A DNA stretch of 64,000 nt from Candidatus Latescibacterota bacterium (GTDB taxonomy: Bacteria; Latescibacterota; UBA2968). This document shows positions 10,029 through 20,128 of the stretch, in pieces. The position numbers and the translations under genes are program-made. The DNA is taken from positions 2,432,001-2,496,000 of the forward strand of contig OZ244960.1 in assembly GCA_965222605.1 (NCBI GenBank), in the 5' to 3' direction. Numbering within the stretch: the stretch's first letter is position 1; the number at the start of each line of letters is the position of its first letter. The notes beneath the pieces are model-generated. The model was not told the origin of the DNA. It saw only the letters and a program-made list of their open reading frames with translations, and made no database searches.

Positions 10029-11195
10029 ATGGGATTTCTCATTGATCTGGTCTGCACTAAAACTGACAAAGCCTATTCAAAAGACCAGCTCTGGAATTTG
10101 AGTCCAGAAGCAGATGCGCCGTTGTTTGCCCGATATGATCTCGATGCAGTTGCAAAAGCCATGCCCCGGGAAAAACTCGCAGGACGGGTACCAACAATGT
10201 GGCGTTATGCCGAAGTTTTGCCGGTAGAAGACGAGCAATTTCAGGTAAGTCTCGGCGAAGGGTTCACCCCATTGTTGCAAGCGACATCACTGGGGCGAGA
10301 AATCGGTGTGCCAAAGCTGTACATCAAAGACGAAGGCTTAAATCCGACGGGATCATTTAAAGCGCGAGGCATGTCGGCGGCAATTTCAAGAGCTGCGGAA
10401 TTGGGTGCTCAGGCCATTGCCATACCCTCGGCCGGCAATGCAGGTGGCGCAACAGCCGCTTATGCTGCGCGAGCGGGCTTGCCAGCGCATATTTTTATGC
10501 CCAAAGATGTACCACAGGCCAATTACATCGAATGCAAGGTCCTGGGCGCGCATGTTGAATTGATCGACGGTTTGATTTCAGATTGTGGAAAAATTGTGGC
10601 ATCGCGCAAAGAAGCCGAGGGATGGTTCGATATCTCGACCCTGAAAGAACCATACCGCGTGGAAGGCAAAAAAACGATGGGCTATGAATTGGCAGAACAA
10701 TTTGATTGGGAATTGCCAGAAGTCGTCATTTATCCAACCGGAGGTGGTACGGGATTGATTGGCATGTGGAAGGCATTTAACGAAATGGAACAGATGGGAT
10801 GGATTGGCTCAGAACGCCCCCGCATGATTTCCGTACAAGCGGCGGGATGCGCGCCCATTGTTCGTGCGTATCGCGCGGGAGATGCACACGCCGAACCATG
10901 GACCGATGCAGAAACAATTGCGGCAGGCCTGCGCGTCCCCGCTGCTGTAGGCGATTTTTTGATGCTAAAAGCCATACGCGACAGCGGTGGATGTGCGCTC
11001 TCCGTCACAGATGAAGAACTGATGGCATCCGCATCAAAAATGGCTGCTGCCGTGGGTTCATTTCCCGCTCCCGAAGGCGCAGCCACCCTCGCTGCTCTTG
11101 AGAAACTCATAGAACAAAATCTGGTTAGCGAGCGCGAGCGCGTCGTGCTGTTCAATACGGGGACGGGCTTAAAATACATCGAACTATTTCAATAA
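10029..11195 (+). CDS. thrC: Threonine synthase-like PLP enzyme
   Basis: NPTGSFKARG PLP lysine, SAGNAG, PTGGGTG, EGKKTMGYE. Confidence 0.85.
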   Translation: MGFLIDLVCTKTDKAYSKDQLWNLSPEADAPLFARYDLDAVAKAMPREKLAGRVPTMWRYAEVLPVEDEQFQVSLGEGFTPLLQATSLGREIGVPKLYIKDEGLNPTGSFKARGMSAAISRAAELGAQAIAIPSAGNAGGATAAYAARAGLPAHIFMPKDVPQANYIECKVLGAHVELIDGLISDCGKIVASRKEAEGWFDISTLKEPYRVEGKKTMGYELAEQFDWELPEVVIYPTGGGTGLIGMWKAFNEMEQMGWIGSERPRMISVQAAGCAPIVRAYRAGDAHAEPWTDAETIAAGLRVPAAVGDFLMLKAIRDSGGCALSVTDEELMASASKMAAAVGSFPAPEGAATLAALEKLIEQNLVSERERVVLFNTGTGLKYIELFQ

Positions 11196-12497
11196 GACAG
11201 CATCTGCGGCCGCGTACCCACTTCTGACAGCACCTTCAATAGTCGGCGGCAATCCGGTATCTGTCCAATCGCCTGCGAGAAACAGACGGGGGTCTGACGT
11301 CTGGGTTTTGGGCACTGCATGAGAAAATGGCAACGCGCAAGTCGCCGCGTGCTCGCATATCACTTTGGCGTGTAATACCTCGGCGCGCTGGCTTTCGGGA
11401 AAGACCTGATGGAGTTCTTTACAAGCAAGGTCAATGAGGTCATCATTTGACATGTGTAAAAGATGATGCGCCGCAGATGCAACCAGGGTGAGATAGCCCT
11501 CAGAAGCGCGGTCGTGATCGCCATAGAGCACGGGCTTGTTAAAAACCCATTCCATTGTCGTGCCGAGCAAGCCGCACAGGGGTTCACGCATGATGGGGCG
11601 ATCGAACCACAAGTTGACGGAAAGAATAGGCGATGGCTCGTATTGACAGAGCGTGTGATGGAGTTCGGCAAAGGTTTTCGCACAGATCATTCTGGCGAGC
11701 TGTAGCGGAGGAACCGCCGCAATGCACATATCTGTGTCTATCATATCTCCCGAGCGGGTATGGATGCGAACGCCCGAGGGGTTAGGCACGATGGACGTCA
11801 CGGCTGTTCCACATTGAACTTCGCCACCCCGTTTTGAAATATATTCCCGTGCGCGATTGACAAATAAGCCGCTCAGTCCCGTCCGCGCATATCCCAAACG
11901 CGCGCCATCTGGTTCTCCCCAAAAAGCTTCTCGCAGCACGGCTTGAAGATATCGAGCACTGGCATTTTGCGGTCGCTGATTGAGGGCGGCAATGCAAAGC
12001 GGATCCCAGAAGGCCTTCCGCATGCGCGATTTTTGACCGCAATGGTTGAGCCAGGCATCCACCGTGAGACGGGTATCGAGATCCTTGTGCAACTCCGCCA
12101 CAATTTTTCTCAACGGCGGAATATCTGTCCAGTGAACCGCGCCAAATCGCAAAAACCCCGATAGCAAATTCAGCGGCACGGGCAAAAAGGATGGGAACCT
12201 CAATGTGTACGCGCCATCAACAGCGTGGCGAAAGTCTATCCTGAACTGAGGTTGAAACACCACATCGTCGCGCGCACCAATCCGATCGAGAAAATCCAGA
12301 GTTTCCCGATAGCATTTCATCAACAGATGCTGCCCATTGTCAACAGTATCGCCCGTGACGGGATCTGTAAATGAAAAAGTGCGCCCCCCCAATTGTTGCC
12401 GCCGCTCCAAAAGTGTAACGGAATATCCGGCATCGCAAAGGCGGATAGCTGCTGCAAGGCCAGCAAATCCCCCCCCGATTATAGTTACGCGTTTCAC
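11184..12497 (-). CDS. hpnE: Hydroxysqualene dehydroxylase HpnE
   Basis: GGGFAG FAD motif, VDNGQH, LAGDWTDTGLPPTIEGAVRSG; follows hpnCD; GTG start at 12497. Confidence 0.9.
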   Translation of the reverse strand: MKRVTIIGGGFAGLAAAIRLCDAGYSVTLLERRQQLGGRTFSFTDPVTGDTVDNGQHLLMKCYRETLDFLDRIGARDDVVFQPQFRIDFRHAVDGAYTLRFPSFLPVPLNLLSGFLRFGAVHWTDIPPLRKIVAELHKDLDTRLTVDAWLNHCGQKSRMRKAFWDPLCIAALNQRPQNASARYLQAVLREAFWGEPDGARLGYARTGLSGLFVNRAREYISKRGGEVQCGTAVTSIVPNPSGVRIHTRSGDMIDTDMCIAAVPPLQLARMICAKTFAELHHTLCQYEPSPILSVNLWFDRPIMREPLCGLLGTTMEWVFNKPVLYGDHDRASEGYLTLVASAAHHLLHMSNDDLIDLACKELHQVFPESQRAEVLHAKVICEHAATCALPFSHAVPKTQTSDPRLFLAGDWTDTGLPPTIEGAVRSGYAAADAVLLK

Positions 12498-12498
12498 A

Positions 12499-13347
12499 TT
12501 ACCCCCAGGCGAGACGACTGCCCAGCCAATAGCGCAACGCAATGCCGAGTTTGTGCAAATTGTTGAGGCGAATGGGCGTATCAAAAATATCGTAGTTGGC
12601 GCGCTGGATCTTCACGAGCAACTGGGCATAAATTTTGCCCATAATCTGTGCCGAAAACATGGTAGCTCGGTCCTCGGCTGGAAGCAATTTTTCGGCTGTT
12701 TGATAGTAGGTCCACGCGCGTTGAGCTTGAAACTGCATCAGGTCGATAAACGCGGCATTATAATCTCCCTGCGCCAGTGCCCGTTCCGTATAGCCAAATC
12801 GCGCCATCTCTTCCTGAGGAATATAAATGCGGTTCTGTTGCCAATCCGTATGCACATCTCTCAGGATATTGGTGAGTTGAAGCGCGAGACCCAGATTGAC
12901 GGCGTATTCGCGGGTCTGCGGATTGCGGTGCCCAAAAATTTCAATACAAATTAACCCCACAACCGATGCGACCCGATAACAGTATTCGCTCAACTCGTCA
13001 AACGTATCATACCGATTTTTTGTCAAATCCATCTCAACACCCTCAATAAGCGCCAGAAAATGCGCTTTGGGAATGGGGAAATCCCGCAAAACAGCCTGCA
13101 GATTCTGCGCTATGGGATGGGTGGGACTGCCCTTATAGCAGGCGTGGAGTTGCTCACGCCATGCCTCGAGACGACACCGGGCTTCTTCTGGCGAAGCCGC
13201 ATCATCCACAATATCATCGGTATGCCGACTAAACGCATAAGCCGAAAAAATGGCCTCGCGTTTTTTGCGCGGCAAAAAAACAAAGGCGAAAAAAAAATTA
13301 GTTCGGGCGCCTCGCACGATTTTGGCGATATGTCTTTTCAGGTTCAT
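12499..13347 (-). CDS. hpnD: Presqualene diphosphate synthase HpnD
   Basis: DDIVD, YCYRVASVVG, LQLTNILRDV. Confidence 0.88.
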   Translation of the reverse strand: MNLKRHIAKIVRGARTNFFFAFVFLPRKKREAIFSAYAFSRHTDDIVDDAASPEEARCRLEAWREQLHACYKGSPTHPIAQNLQAVLRDFPIPKAHFLALIEGVEMDLTKNRYDTFDELSEYCYRVASVVGLICIEIFGHRNPQTREYAVNLGLALQLTNILRDVHTDWQQNRIYIPQEEMARFGYTERALAQGDYNAAFIDLMQFQAQRAWTYYQTAEKLLPAEDRATMFSAQIMGKIYAQLLVKIQRANYDIFDTPIRLNNLHKLGIALRYWLGSRLAWG

Positions 13348-14228
13348 GAGCGAAAGCCTTTAAAAAAAAGCGTCTTGAACAACAGGGCGGGCAAATCGCG
13401 TTTTGTAACAGTGGGCCGTCGATGAAAAATATCGCAATTGTTGTCGCGAATTTTTTTCAGAATATGCATACCGCCCAAATAGGTCAATCGCAGTTCAAAA
13501 CGCAACCGCCCACTCACCATATCCAGCAGGGGAGAACCCTGCAAAAAGAGATCCCGTGTGCGGTTGATGAGATAATCCATAAGCTTGCAAAATTGCGGCG
13601 TGACGCGCTGCTCACCCAGATCTGAAATCCCGACACCAAACCGTTTGAGATCCTCCTGCGGGAGATAAATGCGACCGCGCGAAAAATCAATCGCAATATC
13701 CTGCCAAAAATTGGCGAGTTGCAGCGCGCTACATATCGCGTCAGAATGCCGCGCATAGCGCTCGCCGCGATATCCAAACAGATGGAGAATGAGTCGCCCA
13801 ACGGGATTGGCAGAAAACGTGCAATACGTCAGCAAATCCCGATATGTCTGGTGGCGATGGGTCGTCACATCCATGCGAAAAGCCGCGAGCAAATCCTTGA
13901 GCAATTGCACGGGCAGATCATGCACGCGAATCGTTTCTGCAAGTGCCGTAAATATCGGACCAACCGGATCTGAAAGACACGCATCGAGACGCGCTTCCCA
14001 CTCGGCGAGAGAGTCCAGCCGCTCCTGCACTGTCATACCCGGTTCATCGGCAAAATCATCCGCCGTGCGCGCAAACGCATAGATACTATACACATGGGGC
14101 CGCACCGATTTGGGGATAAGCACCGAGCCAACCGGAAAATTCTCATAATGCGCGCAGGTGAGTGCCTTGCAATGGGCATAAGCATCTGCAATCGCAATTC
14201 CACCGGTTTTGTATGCAGCCTGTGACAT
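13344..14228 (-). CDS. hpnC: Hydroxysqualene synthase HpnC
   Basis: HYENFPVGS, ADDFADE, SANPVGRL, LQLANFWQD; ATG 14228 chosen as start. Confidence 0.9.
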   Translation of the reverse strand: MSQAAYKTGGIAIADAYAHCKALTCAHYENFPVGSVLIPKSVRPHVYSIYAFARTADDFADEPGMTVQERLDSLAEWEARLDACLSDPVGPIFTALAETIRVHDLPVQLLKDLLAAFRMDVTTHRHQTYRDLLTYCTFSANPVGRLILHLFGYRGERYARHSDAICSALQLANFWQDIAIDFSRGRIYLPQEDLKRFGVGISDLGEQRVTPQFCKLMDYLINRTRDLFLQGSPLLDMVSGRLRFELRLTYLGGMHILKKIRDNNCDIFHRRPTVTKRDLPALLFKTLFFKGFRS

Positions 14229-14285
14229 AAGATGAAGATACGACAGGGGGGTGGGAAAATCAATACGTTGAATTTCGGTGTAGCC

Positions 14286-14314
14286 TTGCATTTTACAGTG
14301 TGCGTATGTATCTT
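14286..14314 (+). promoter_or_regulatory. Sigma-70-type promoter for aspC
   Basis: TTGCAT-N17-TATCTT. Confidence 0.5.
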
Positions 14315-14332
14315 TGCCCGCGACAATAAGAC

Positions 14333-14358
14333 GGGACGGCACGGGGACCGTCCCCTAC
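14333..14358 (-). repeat. GTAG-type REP element, copy 1
   Basis: gggacggcacggggaccgtcccctac is a hairpin plus CTAC; related copies at 24530, 27159 and 30213. Confidence 0.8.
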
Positions 14359-14462
14359 GACGGGGTACAACTGGCCGCTCCCCAGGCCAGTTCATACCAT
14401 AGCCTGCCCCTGCATGGTTTAAGCAGGGGCCGCGATGACAACCAAAACCAAAGGAAAAAATA

Positions 14463-15662
14463 ATGTTTGAAACGCTGACAATGGCCCCTGCGGATCCCAT
14501 TATCGGGTTGACTGAAACATTCAAAAATGATCCAAATCCCGACAAAATCAACCTCGGCGTTGGCGTGTACAAAGACGGCGACGGCAACACGCCGATATTT
14601 GCCTCTGTAAAAACAGCAGAAGAACGCCTACTAACACATGAAGACACCAAAAATTATCTGGGCATTGAAGGCGACGAAGCGTATAACAAAGCCGTTCGTG
14701 AACTCCTCTGGGGAGCAAATCATGAAATACTGGTCAATGGCCGCGCAGGAACAGCCCAGGCACCAGGGGGCACGGGCGCGTTGCGCATTGCCGGCGACTT
14801 TATACATCAACACTTTCCCAATGCCCGCGTGTGGCTAAGCGATCCCACCTGGGCAAATCACCCCAAAATTTTTGAATCTGCTCGCGTACCCACAGAAACC
14901 TATCGCTATTACAACCCCGCATCTTTTGGCCTGGACTTTGACGCATTGATCCAGGACCTTGGACAAATTCCCGCTGGCGATGTGGTCTTGCTACACGGGT
15001 GTTGTCACAACCCGACCGGCGTCGATCTCTCCGCCGAACAATGGGCGCAAATAGCCGATATCACAGCCGATCGCGGCATCATCCCACTCGTGGATTTTGC
15101 CTATCAGGGCCTGGGGAATGGACTTGCTGAAGACTCAGTCGGCCTCCTATCTCTCAGCCGGCCCGGCTGCGAACTCCTCGTCGCCAGTTCCTTCTCCAAA
15201 AACTTTGGCCTCTACCGCGAACGCACAGGCGCATTGACCCTCGTCGGAAAAAACGAGACCGCCGTTGAAAAAGCCATGAGCCACATCAAAATCTGCATCC
15301 GCACAAATTATTCCAACCCGCCATCGCATGGCGCACAGGCTGTCGCAACAGTCCTCAACGACCCCGACTTGCGAACACAATGGGACGGCGAAGTAAAAGC
15401 CATGCGCGACCGCATCAACGACATGCGCACCCTATTTGTGGATACCCTCGAAACAAAAGGCGTACGGCGCGATTTTTCATTTATCGCACACCAGAGGGGA
15501 ATGTTTTCATTTTCCGGATTAACCCCCGAGCAAGTAGATGCATTGCGCGAGCAATTTGCGATATACATCGTCCGTTCGGGGCGGATCAATGTGGCGGGCA
15601 TGACAAAGGATAATATTGGGCCATTGTGCGACGCGATAGCAGAAATATTGAAGGAGAAATGA
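14463..15662 (+). CDS. aspC: Aspartate/aromatic amino acid aminotransferase
   Basis: NLGVGVY, HGCCHNPTG, DFAYQG, SFSKNFGLYRER, SGRINVAG. Confidence 0.92.
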   Translation: MFETLTMAPADPIIGLTETFKNDPNPDKINLGVGVYKDGDGNTPIFASVKTAEERLLTHEDTKNYLGIEGDEAYNKAVRELLWGANHEILVNGRAGTAQAPGGTGALRIAGDFIHQHFPNARVWLSDPTWANHPKIFESARVPTETYRYYNPASFGLDFDALIQDLGQIPAGDVVLLHGCCHNPTGVDLSAEQWAQIADITADRGIIPLVDFAYQGLGNGLAEDSVGLLSLSRPGCELLVASSFSKNFGLYRERTGALTLVGKNETAVEKAMSHIKICIRTNYSNPPSHGAQAVATVLNDPDLRTQWDGEVKAMRDRINDMRTLFVDTLETKGVRRDFSFIAHQRGMFSFSGLTPEQVDALREQFAIYIVRSGRINVAGMTKDNIGPLCDAIAEILKEK

Positions 15663-16435
15663 TGACACTCAAAGATCGCGTGGCAATCGTCACCGGCGCA
15701 AGCTCTGGCATTGGGCGGGGCATTGCATTGTCACTCGCACGGGAAGGCGCGTGTGTAGCAGTGGCCGATATTCAGGAAGCACCCAAAAAGGGCATATATC
15801 ACGACACCGACCTGACCACTTCTACGGTAGAGGAAATAGAAAAACTCGGACAAAAAGGGATCTTTGTTCAAACCGACGTATCGGATGACGAAGCGGTGAG
15901 CAATCTGATCGAACGGACCGTCTCCGAATTTGGCAAATTGGACATACTAATAAACAACGCGGGCATCACAATACCCGGAGGCATTGAAGAAACAACCATT
16001 GCCGACTACGACACCGTGATGGGCGTAAATCTAAGAGCACTGTATGTCGCCAGCAAACTTGCCATACCACACCTGAAAAAACCCTCGGGAAGAATCATCC
16101 ACATCGCATCTGTACAGGCGTTCGGCGGTGGCGGCGGCCCTGCGTATGCCGCATCAAAAGCCGGCGTCGTCAACCTCACGCGAGATACCGCCCTGGAACT
16201 GGCCCCCTTTGGCGCAACCGTCAACGCGATCTGCCCGGGCTACATCGAAACGCCCATACAGGACTATCTCACACCACAGGATATTGAAGACAGCAAAGCA
16301 AAAACCCCGCTACCCCGCCTGGGCTTGCCATCAGACATCGGCAACGCCGCGGTATTCTTCGCATCAGACGCCGCCGCCTGGATCACCGGCACAGCCCTGC
16401 CCGTGGATGGTGGATGGATGGCGTCAATCTTTTAA
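15659..16435 (+). CDS. SDR-family oxidoreductase
   Basis: TGASSGIG, NNAG, YAASK, VDGG; AAGGAG RBS. Confidence 0.93.
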   Translation: MMTLKDRVAIVTGASSGIGRGIALSLAREGACVAVADIQEAPKKGIYHDTDLTTSTVEEIEKLGQKGIFVQTDVSDDEAVSNLIERTVSEFGKLDILINNAGITIPGGIEETTIADYDTVMGVNLRALYVASKLAIPHLKKPSGRIIHIASVQAFGGGGGPAYAASKAGVVNLTRDTALELAPFGATVNAICPGYIETPIQDYLTPQDIEDSKAKTPLPRLGLPSDIGNAAVFFASDAAAWITGTALPVDGGWMASIF

Positions 16436-17029
16436 TTGATTACGGATGTACCCCAAACCATTAGCGAAATTTGGCAACCGTAAGCAATCGTACTTTGCCA
16501 GATCGTTTTCAATATCCGGACTCGCAAAATCTTTGTCCTGAGTAATAAAACAGCGAAGCCCCCTGGATGCTGTAGTTAGATGCTCGAAAATTGATGCATA
16601 AATGATCGAGTCCTGAGGTTCAAGATCGCGACTCTCCTGGAATTTTATCGCTTCTCTGATGATACTCAAATTTATATGTATCACGTCAACGGTCTGTAAA
16701 ATTCTCTCCAGAATCTCATCAAGTTGGGACTTCTCTTGTTCAACACTGCTGAGCAACAAGTTTGTCAGGTCTTGAAAATCCTGAGATGACTCCTGGTAAG
16801 GTCTTGAACGAGAAAGTTCGCGAATAGTCGTACTGAGTTGTTCATGCAATCCTTGTCTCTGCTTTGAGCGACGCACCCATGTCTCATACGGCTCTCCAAT
16901 ACTGAAAGCGGGTAACACCAGGAGGATATCACCTGACTCTGATAAGCTCAAGAGTTCCTCGCAACTGTCATGTTCTTCTTGAAGAAAAGCGAGTTCAAGA
17001 ACAAAATTTGATTCTACGTACACAATCAT
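16424..17029 (-). CDS. PIN-domain protein
   Basis: VYVESNFV, a central Glu, QDSII and FITQDKDF give the PIN acidic pattern. Confidence 0.78.
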   Translation of the reverse strand: MIVYVESNFVLELAFLQEEHDSCEELLSLSESGDILLVLPAFSIGEPYETWVRRSKQRQGLHEQLSTTIRELSRSRPYQESSQDFQDLTNLLLSSVEQEKSQLDEILERILQTVDVIHINLSIIREAIKFQESRDLEPQDSIIYASIFEHLTTASRGLRCFITQDKDFASPDIENDLAKYDCLRLPNFANGLGYIRNQLKD

Positions 17030-17481
17030 ACTGTAGCTTCAATCGCAACAGAACCGCGTGCAATTGCTTCGTACAATCCCGAGTCAAAAAGCCATTGGAG
17101 ATTTGGATCAACCCCATCTGGTTGAAGGTCTGTATGAACGATACCCTCCAGCCACGAAGTCATAATCATCTCGAAGCCATACTTACTTAGATCATTAAGC
17201 GCCCATGGTAATTGGTTAAGATATGGTGCCAGTATTCCCGTAGTCTTTATTTTATAGTCTGGTTTTGCCAGATTACTTGCAGACATGGCATCTGTCCACA
17301 AATAAAAAAAATCGGGAAGCACGAGCAGGAAGTAGGGCGCACGCGGTATGAATGAATGGACCAACAAATTGTGGCGCAGGCGGGCGGCCCATTCGGCGGA
17401 CGCGCCAGGTCTGTTTTTAATTTCGACGACCAGTTGAAGTTGTCCATCTGGATCATATACCGCAATATCGGCGCCTGTCAT
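17026..17481 (-). CDS. PD-(D/E)xK-like hypothetical protein
   Basis: ADIAVYD...LVVEIK motif; GGAGG RBS; ATGA overlap with the PIN gene. Confidence 0.6.
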   Translation of the reverse strand: MTGADIAVYDPDGQLQLVVEIKNRPGASAEWAARLRHNLLVHSFIPRAPYFLLVLPDFFYLWTDAMSASNLAKPDYKIKTTGILAPYLNQLPWALNDLSKYGFEMIMTSWLEGIVHTDLQPDGVDPNLQWLFDSGLYEAIARGSVAIEATV

Positions 17482-17608
17482 TTTATAAACCTCCAAAGTA
17501 TAACTGGCTACAATTCCACATCCACGAACCTGGGAAACTCTTTCCAATTAAAGCACATCTGTCAGTTTGTCAATACCGACAGTTCAAATATTTTTAATTC
17601 TTGCCGCA

Positions 17609-20083
17609 TCAATGCGATATCCCCAACTGATGCATCCGCCGGTGAATCGCTTGACGGGCTTCGATAAAGGGACGCTCCAGGTACGCGAGATGGTCTAACT
17701 CGCCGTGATGGTGCGTCGCCGTGCCGGGAGCGTGCCGGGCAGCGGTTTGACGGATATAGGATAGATCGCCATCGATGAGCGTGAGCATATACTGGGCGGC
17801 TTCCTGATCGAACATCCACCACTCGCCACCGCAGGCGATATAAATCGGCGAAGTATGGGCGAATATCCCCCGCCCCCAGCCATCGTGATGGGGAACACTG
17901 GTATAGTTGGGACCGGCACATCGGGCGGCAATCCAGGTGTGCCCATCCACTTTCACCTGTGCCTTCAACGCCAGTCGCCGCGCACCTTTATTGTCTTCCG
18001 TCGAAGCAACGACGCGCCCTGCCTGAACGATCTCGAGCGTATGAATCGGGAAAATACTCTCCGCCCACGCTTCGACCTCCACCGTACCAGCCCCCGACAA
18101 CCGCATTGTATCGCCAACGCGGTGTCCATCTGCGGTGAGGTGAATGATGGGACCTCCGCTGTGAAATGTTCGCCCCTGCGCTACACTTTTGCACCAATTA
18201 TCGTAGGTAAATTCCTCGTCGGGTAGATAGGCGTAAGTGCGGTAAATACCGACAGGTACATCGCTGCTCATCTTATCCGTTCCGCCAACCAGCGGCAAGC
18301 GGTAACCGCAGTTGAGGTAGCGGTAGTATTCCAGATGGTTAAACGGCGCATGACGCAGCATCTCCACGCCATCCGCGCGGCCGGTGGCAATCAGTGCCGC
18401 AGGTTCGCCATTCGGATTCGGGAGATGCGGGATGATGACCGAGCCTCCCTGCGCATGACACTGGTCCGCCCAATCACTCATCGTGATCTCCAGCGTTCCA
18501 CCCAGTTCGGACTCACCAGGACCGTCACTGCACCACGGCATCACCGGCTCTTTGAGGCCCCAGAGGATGAGATGCCCCAGAAAGTGCTGCCTATTCTCCT
18601 GGCCGACATAGACGATATTGTTCCCGTCTTGCGAGATACTCGGCCGACCCGTGAAATCCTCCGTATTAGTAAAAAGATTGCCCCACTGCGACGGGAGCAG
18701 ATTGACGATATTGAGATCCTCCCCCTGGGACTCCGTATGACTTCCCTGTGTCGAGAGGAAGTGAACGTGCGAATCGCCGCTGTACCATCCCTCCGCGTTC
18801 ATGTGAATCCATCGCTTGAGACGCAAAGTCAGTTCGCGTTGTCCCGGTTCGATCTTCATCCGCGTCCGCAGCGGCTCATACTCGAATCCCCGAGCGACAT
18901 CCACGATGACCTCGCCGCGCGGCAGCCACCCCTGGCAACGACCATCGATGTACGCGTAGGTGATTTGTCCGAGCCGTAGATCTCCCCCGATATCAATATG
19001 CCAGCTATCGAGGTTGGAATTGACCTGATTGTGATGCCCGTAAGGTTGATAGGGAATGCCTTCCGGCGAGCGGAAATGGACGCGGCAAGGGATGGGCTTG
19101 CCCGTGTCGTCATCGAGGACGGTAACGTGAACCCAGTTCCGTCCCCGGTCCAGGAGCTCCACGCGCATTCGCGGGGTTTCAACCACCTTCTTCTCCTCGA
19201 CATCACCCCACTTGACCTCGCCCACCTTTTCCTCACCCTGCTTCACCGTCATCGTGGCCGACGGAGTGGCAGCGACCTCGACATAAGCCGGGCTTGACCT
19301 GGGATTCTGCGCTTCTCCCCAACCGGCGAAATCATCATTGACGAAATCCTCTGCAGATGCTTCGGGCAGTGGATGAACATAAGTTGCCGTCCCCCGATCT
19401 ACTTCCACGCTAAGGTCAAACGGTTTTTCCGCGTCTTCAGGATGGGTCAGGATCAGGCGCGCTTCCCGCTTCCCGTGACGTACAAAGGGATGCTCGTCGA
19501 GGTGCGAAAGCGTGACGCCGGCGATGATAAAACGCGGACCACCCGGGATAATCTCCAGCGACTCGACTGTGCGATCCGGTTGAGGATTCTCCCAGGCCCA
19601 CAGAAAGTAACCGCGGGCCGTGCCGCGCGACACTTCGGTCTGACGTCGCCCCATATCCGCCCATTTCCCTTCGTAACGCGGCAGCAGTTGGTCGTTCCGG
19701 TCCGGAAGTGCGAGGAAGGGCGCGCCGCCGTCGGATAGATGTGCAATTTCAAATCGCTCACGGATGGGGATGCGGATCTCTTCGCCGCTCGCCATCCGGA
19801 ACAAATAATCCGCCACGGTCTTCCCCAATGCGCCGCCCTCCATCAGATCGGATTCCAGCAGGCGATGGGCAATGATCACGTAGCGTGCCGACTGGTTGAT
19901 TGGAATGGTCACGCTCCCAGAAGCGTCATCCAGCGCGATAAAACAATTCGAACCGTCGTCGTTTACCAAAAACGGCAGACCGCGGAAGGAATGTTTGCCT
20001 ATGGGGGCATTCGCGTTTGCGCCCAGGACTTCCAGCCCTGCACTGCATAACGTCGATAAATCAAGTGGTTGATAGTCAGCCAT
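17609..20083 (-). CDS. CehA/McbA-family (PHP-like) metallohydrolase
   Basis: ARGFEY, WYSGDSHVH, GQE...GH, GGTD and AHTSPIY motifs. Confidence 0.8.
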   Translation of the reverse strand: MADYQPLDLSTLCSAGLEVLGANANAPIGKHSFRGLPFLVNDDGSNCFIALDDASGSVTIPINQSARYVIIAHRLLESDLMEGGALGKTVADYLFRMASGEEIRIPIRERFEIAHLSDGGAPFLALPDRNDQLLPRYEGKWADMGRRQTEVSRGTARGYFLWAWENPQPDRTVESLEIIPGGPRFIIAGVTLSHLDEHPFVRHGKREARLILTHPEDAEKPFDLSVEVDRGTATYVHPLPEASAEDFVNDDFAGWGEAQNPRSSPAYVEVAATPSATMTVKQGEEKVGEVKWGDVEEKKVVETPRMRVELLDRGRNWVHVTVLDDDTGKPIPCRVHFRSPEGIPYQPYGHHNQVNSNLDSWHIDIGGDLRLGQITYAYIDGRCQGWLPRGEVIVDVARGFEYEPLRTRMKIEPGQRELTLRLKRWIHMNAEGWYSGDSHVHFLSTQGSHTESQGEDLNIVNLLPSQWGNLFTNTEDFTGRPSISQDGNNIVYVGQENRQHFLGHLILWGLKEPVMPWCSDGPGESELGGTLEITMSDWADQCHAQGGSVIIPHLPNPNGEPAALIATGRADGVEMLRHAPFNHLEYYRYLNCGYRLPLVGGTDKMSSDVPVGIYRTYAYLPDEEFTYDNWCKSVAQGRTFHSGGPIIHLTADGHRVGDTMRLSGAGTVEVEAWAESIFPIHTLEIVQAGRVVASTEDNKGARRLALKAQVKVDGHTWIAARCAGPNYTSVPHHDGWGRGIFAHTSPIYIACGGEWWMFDQEAAQYMLTLIDGDLSYIRQTAARHAPGTATHHHGELDHLAYLERPFIEARQAIHRRMHQLGISH

Positions 20084-20128
20084 GAGAGGTATCCTTTCTT
20101 TTATGGGGTATGTATCAATGACGGCTTA

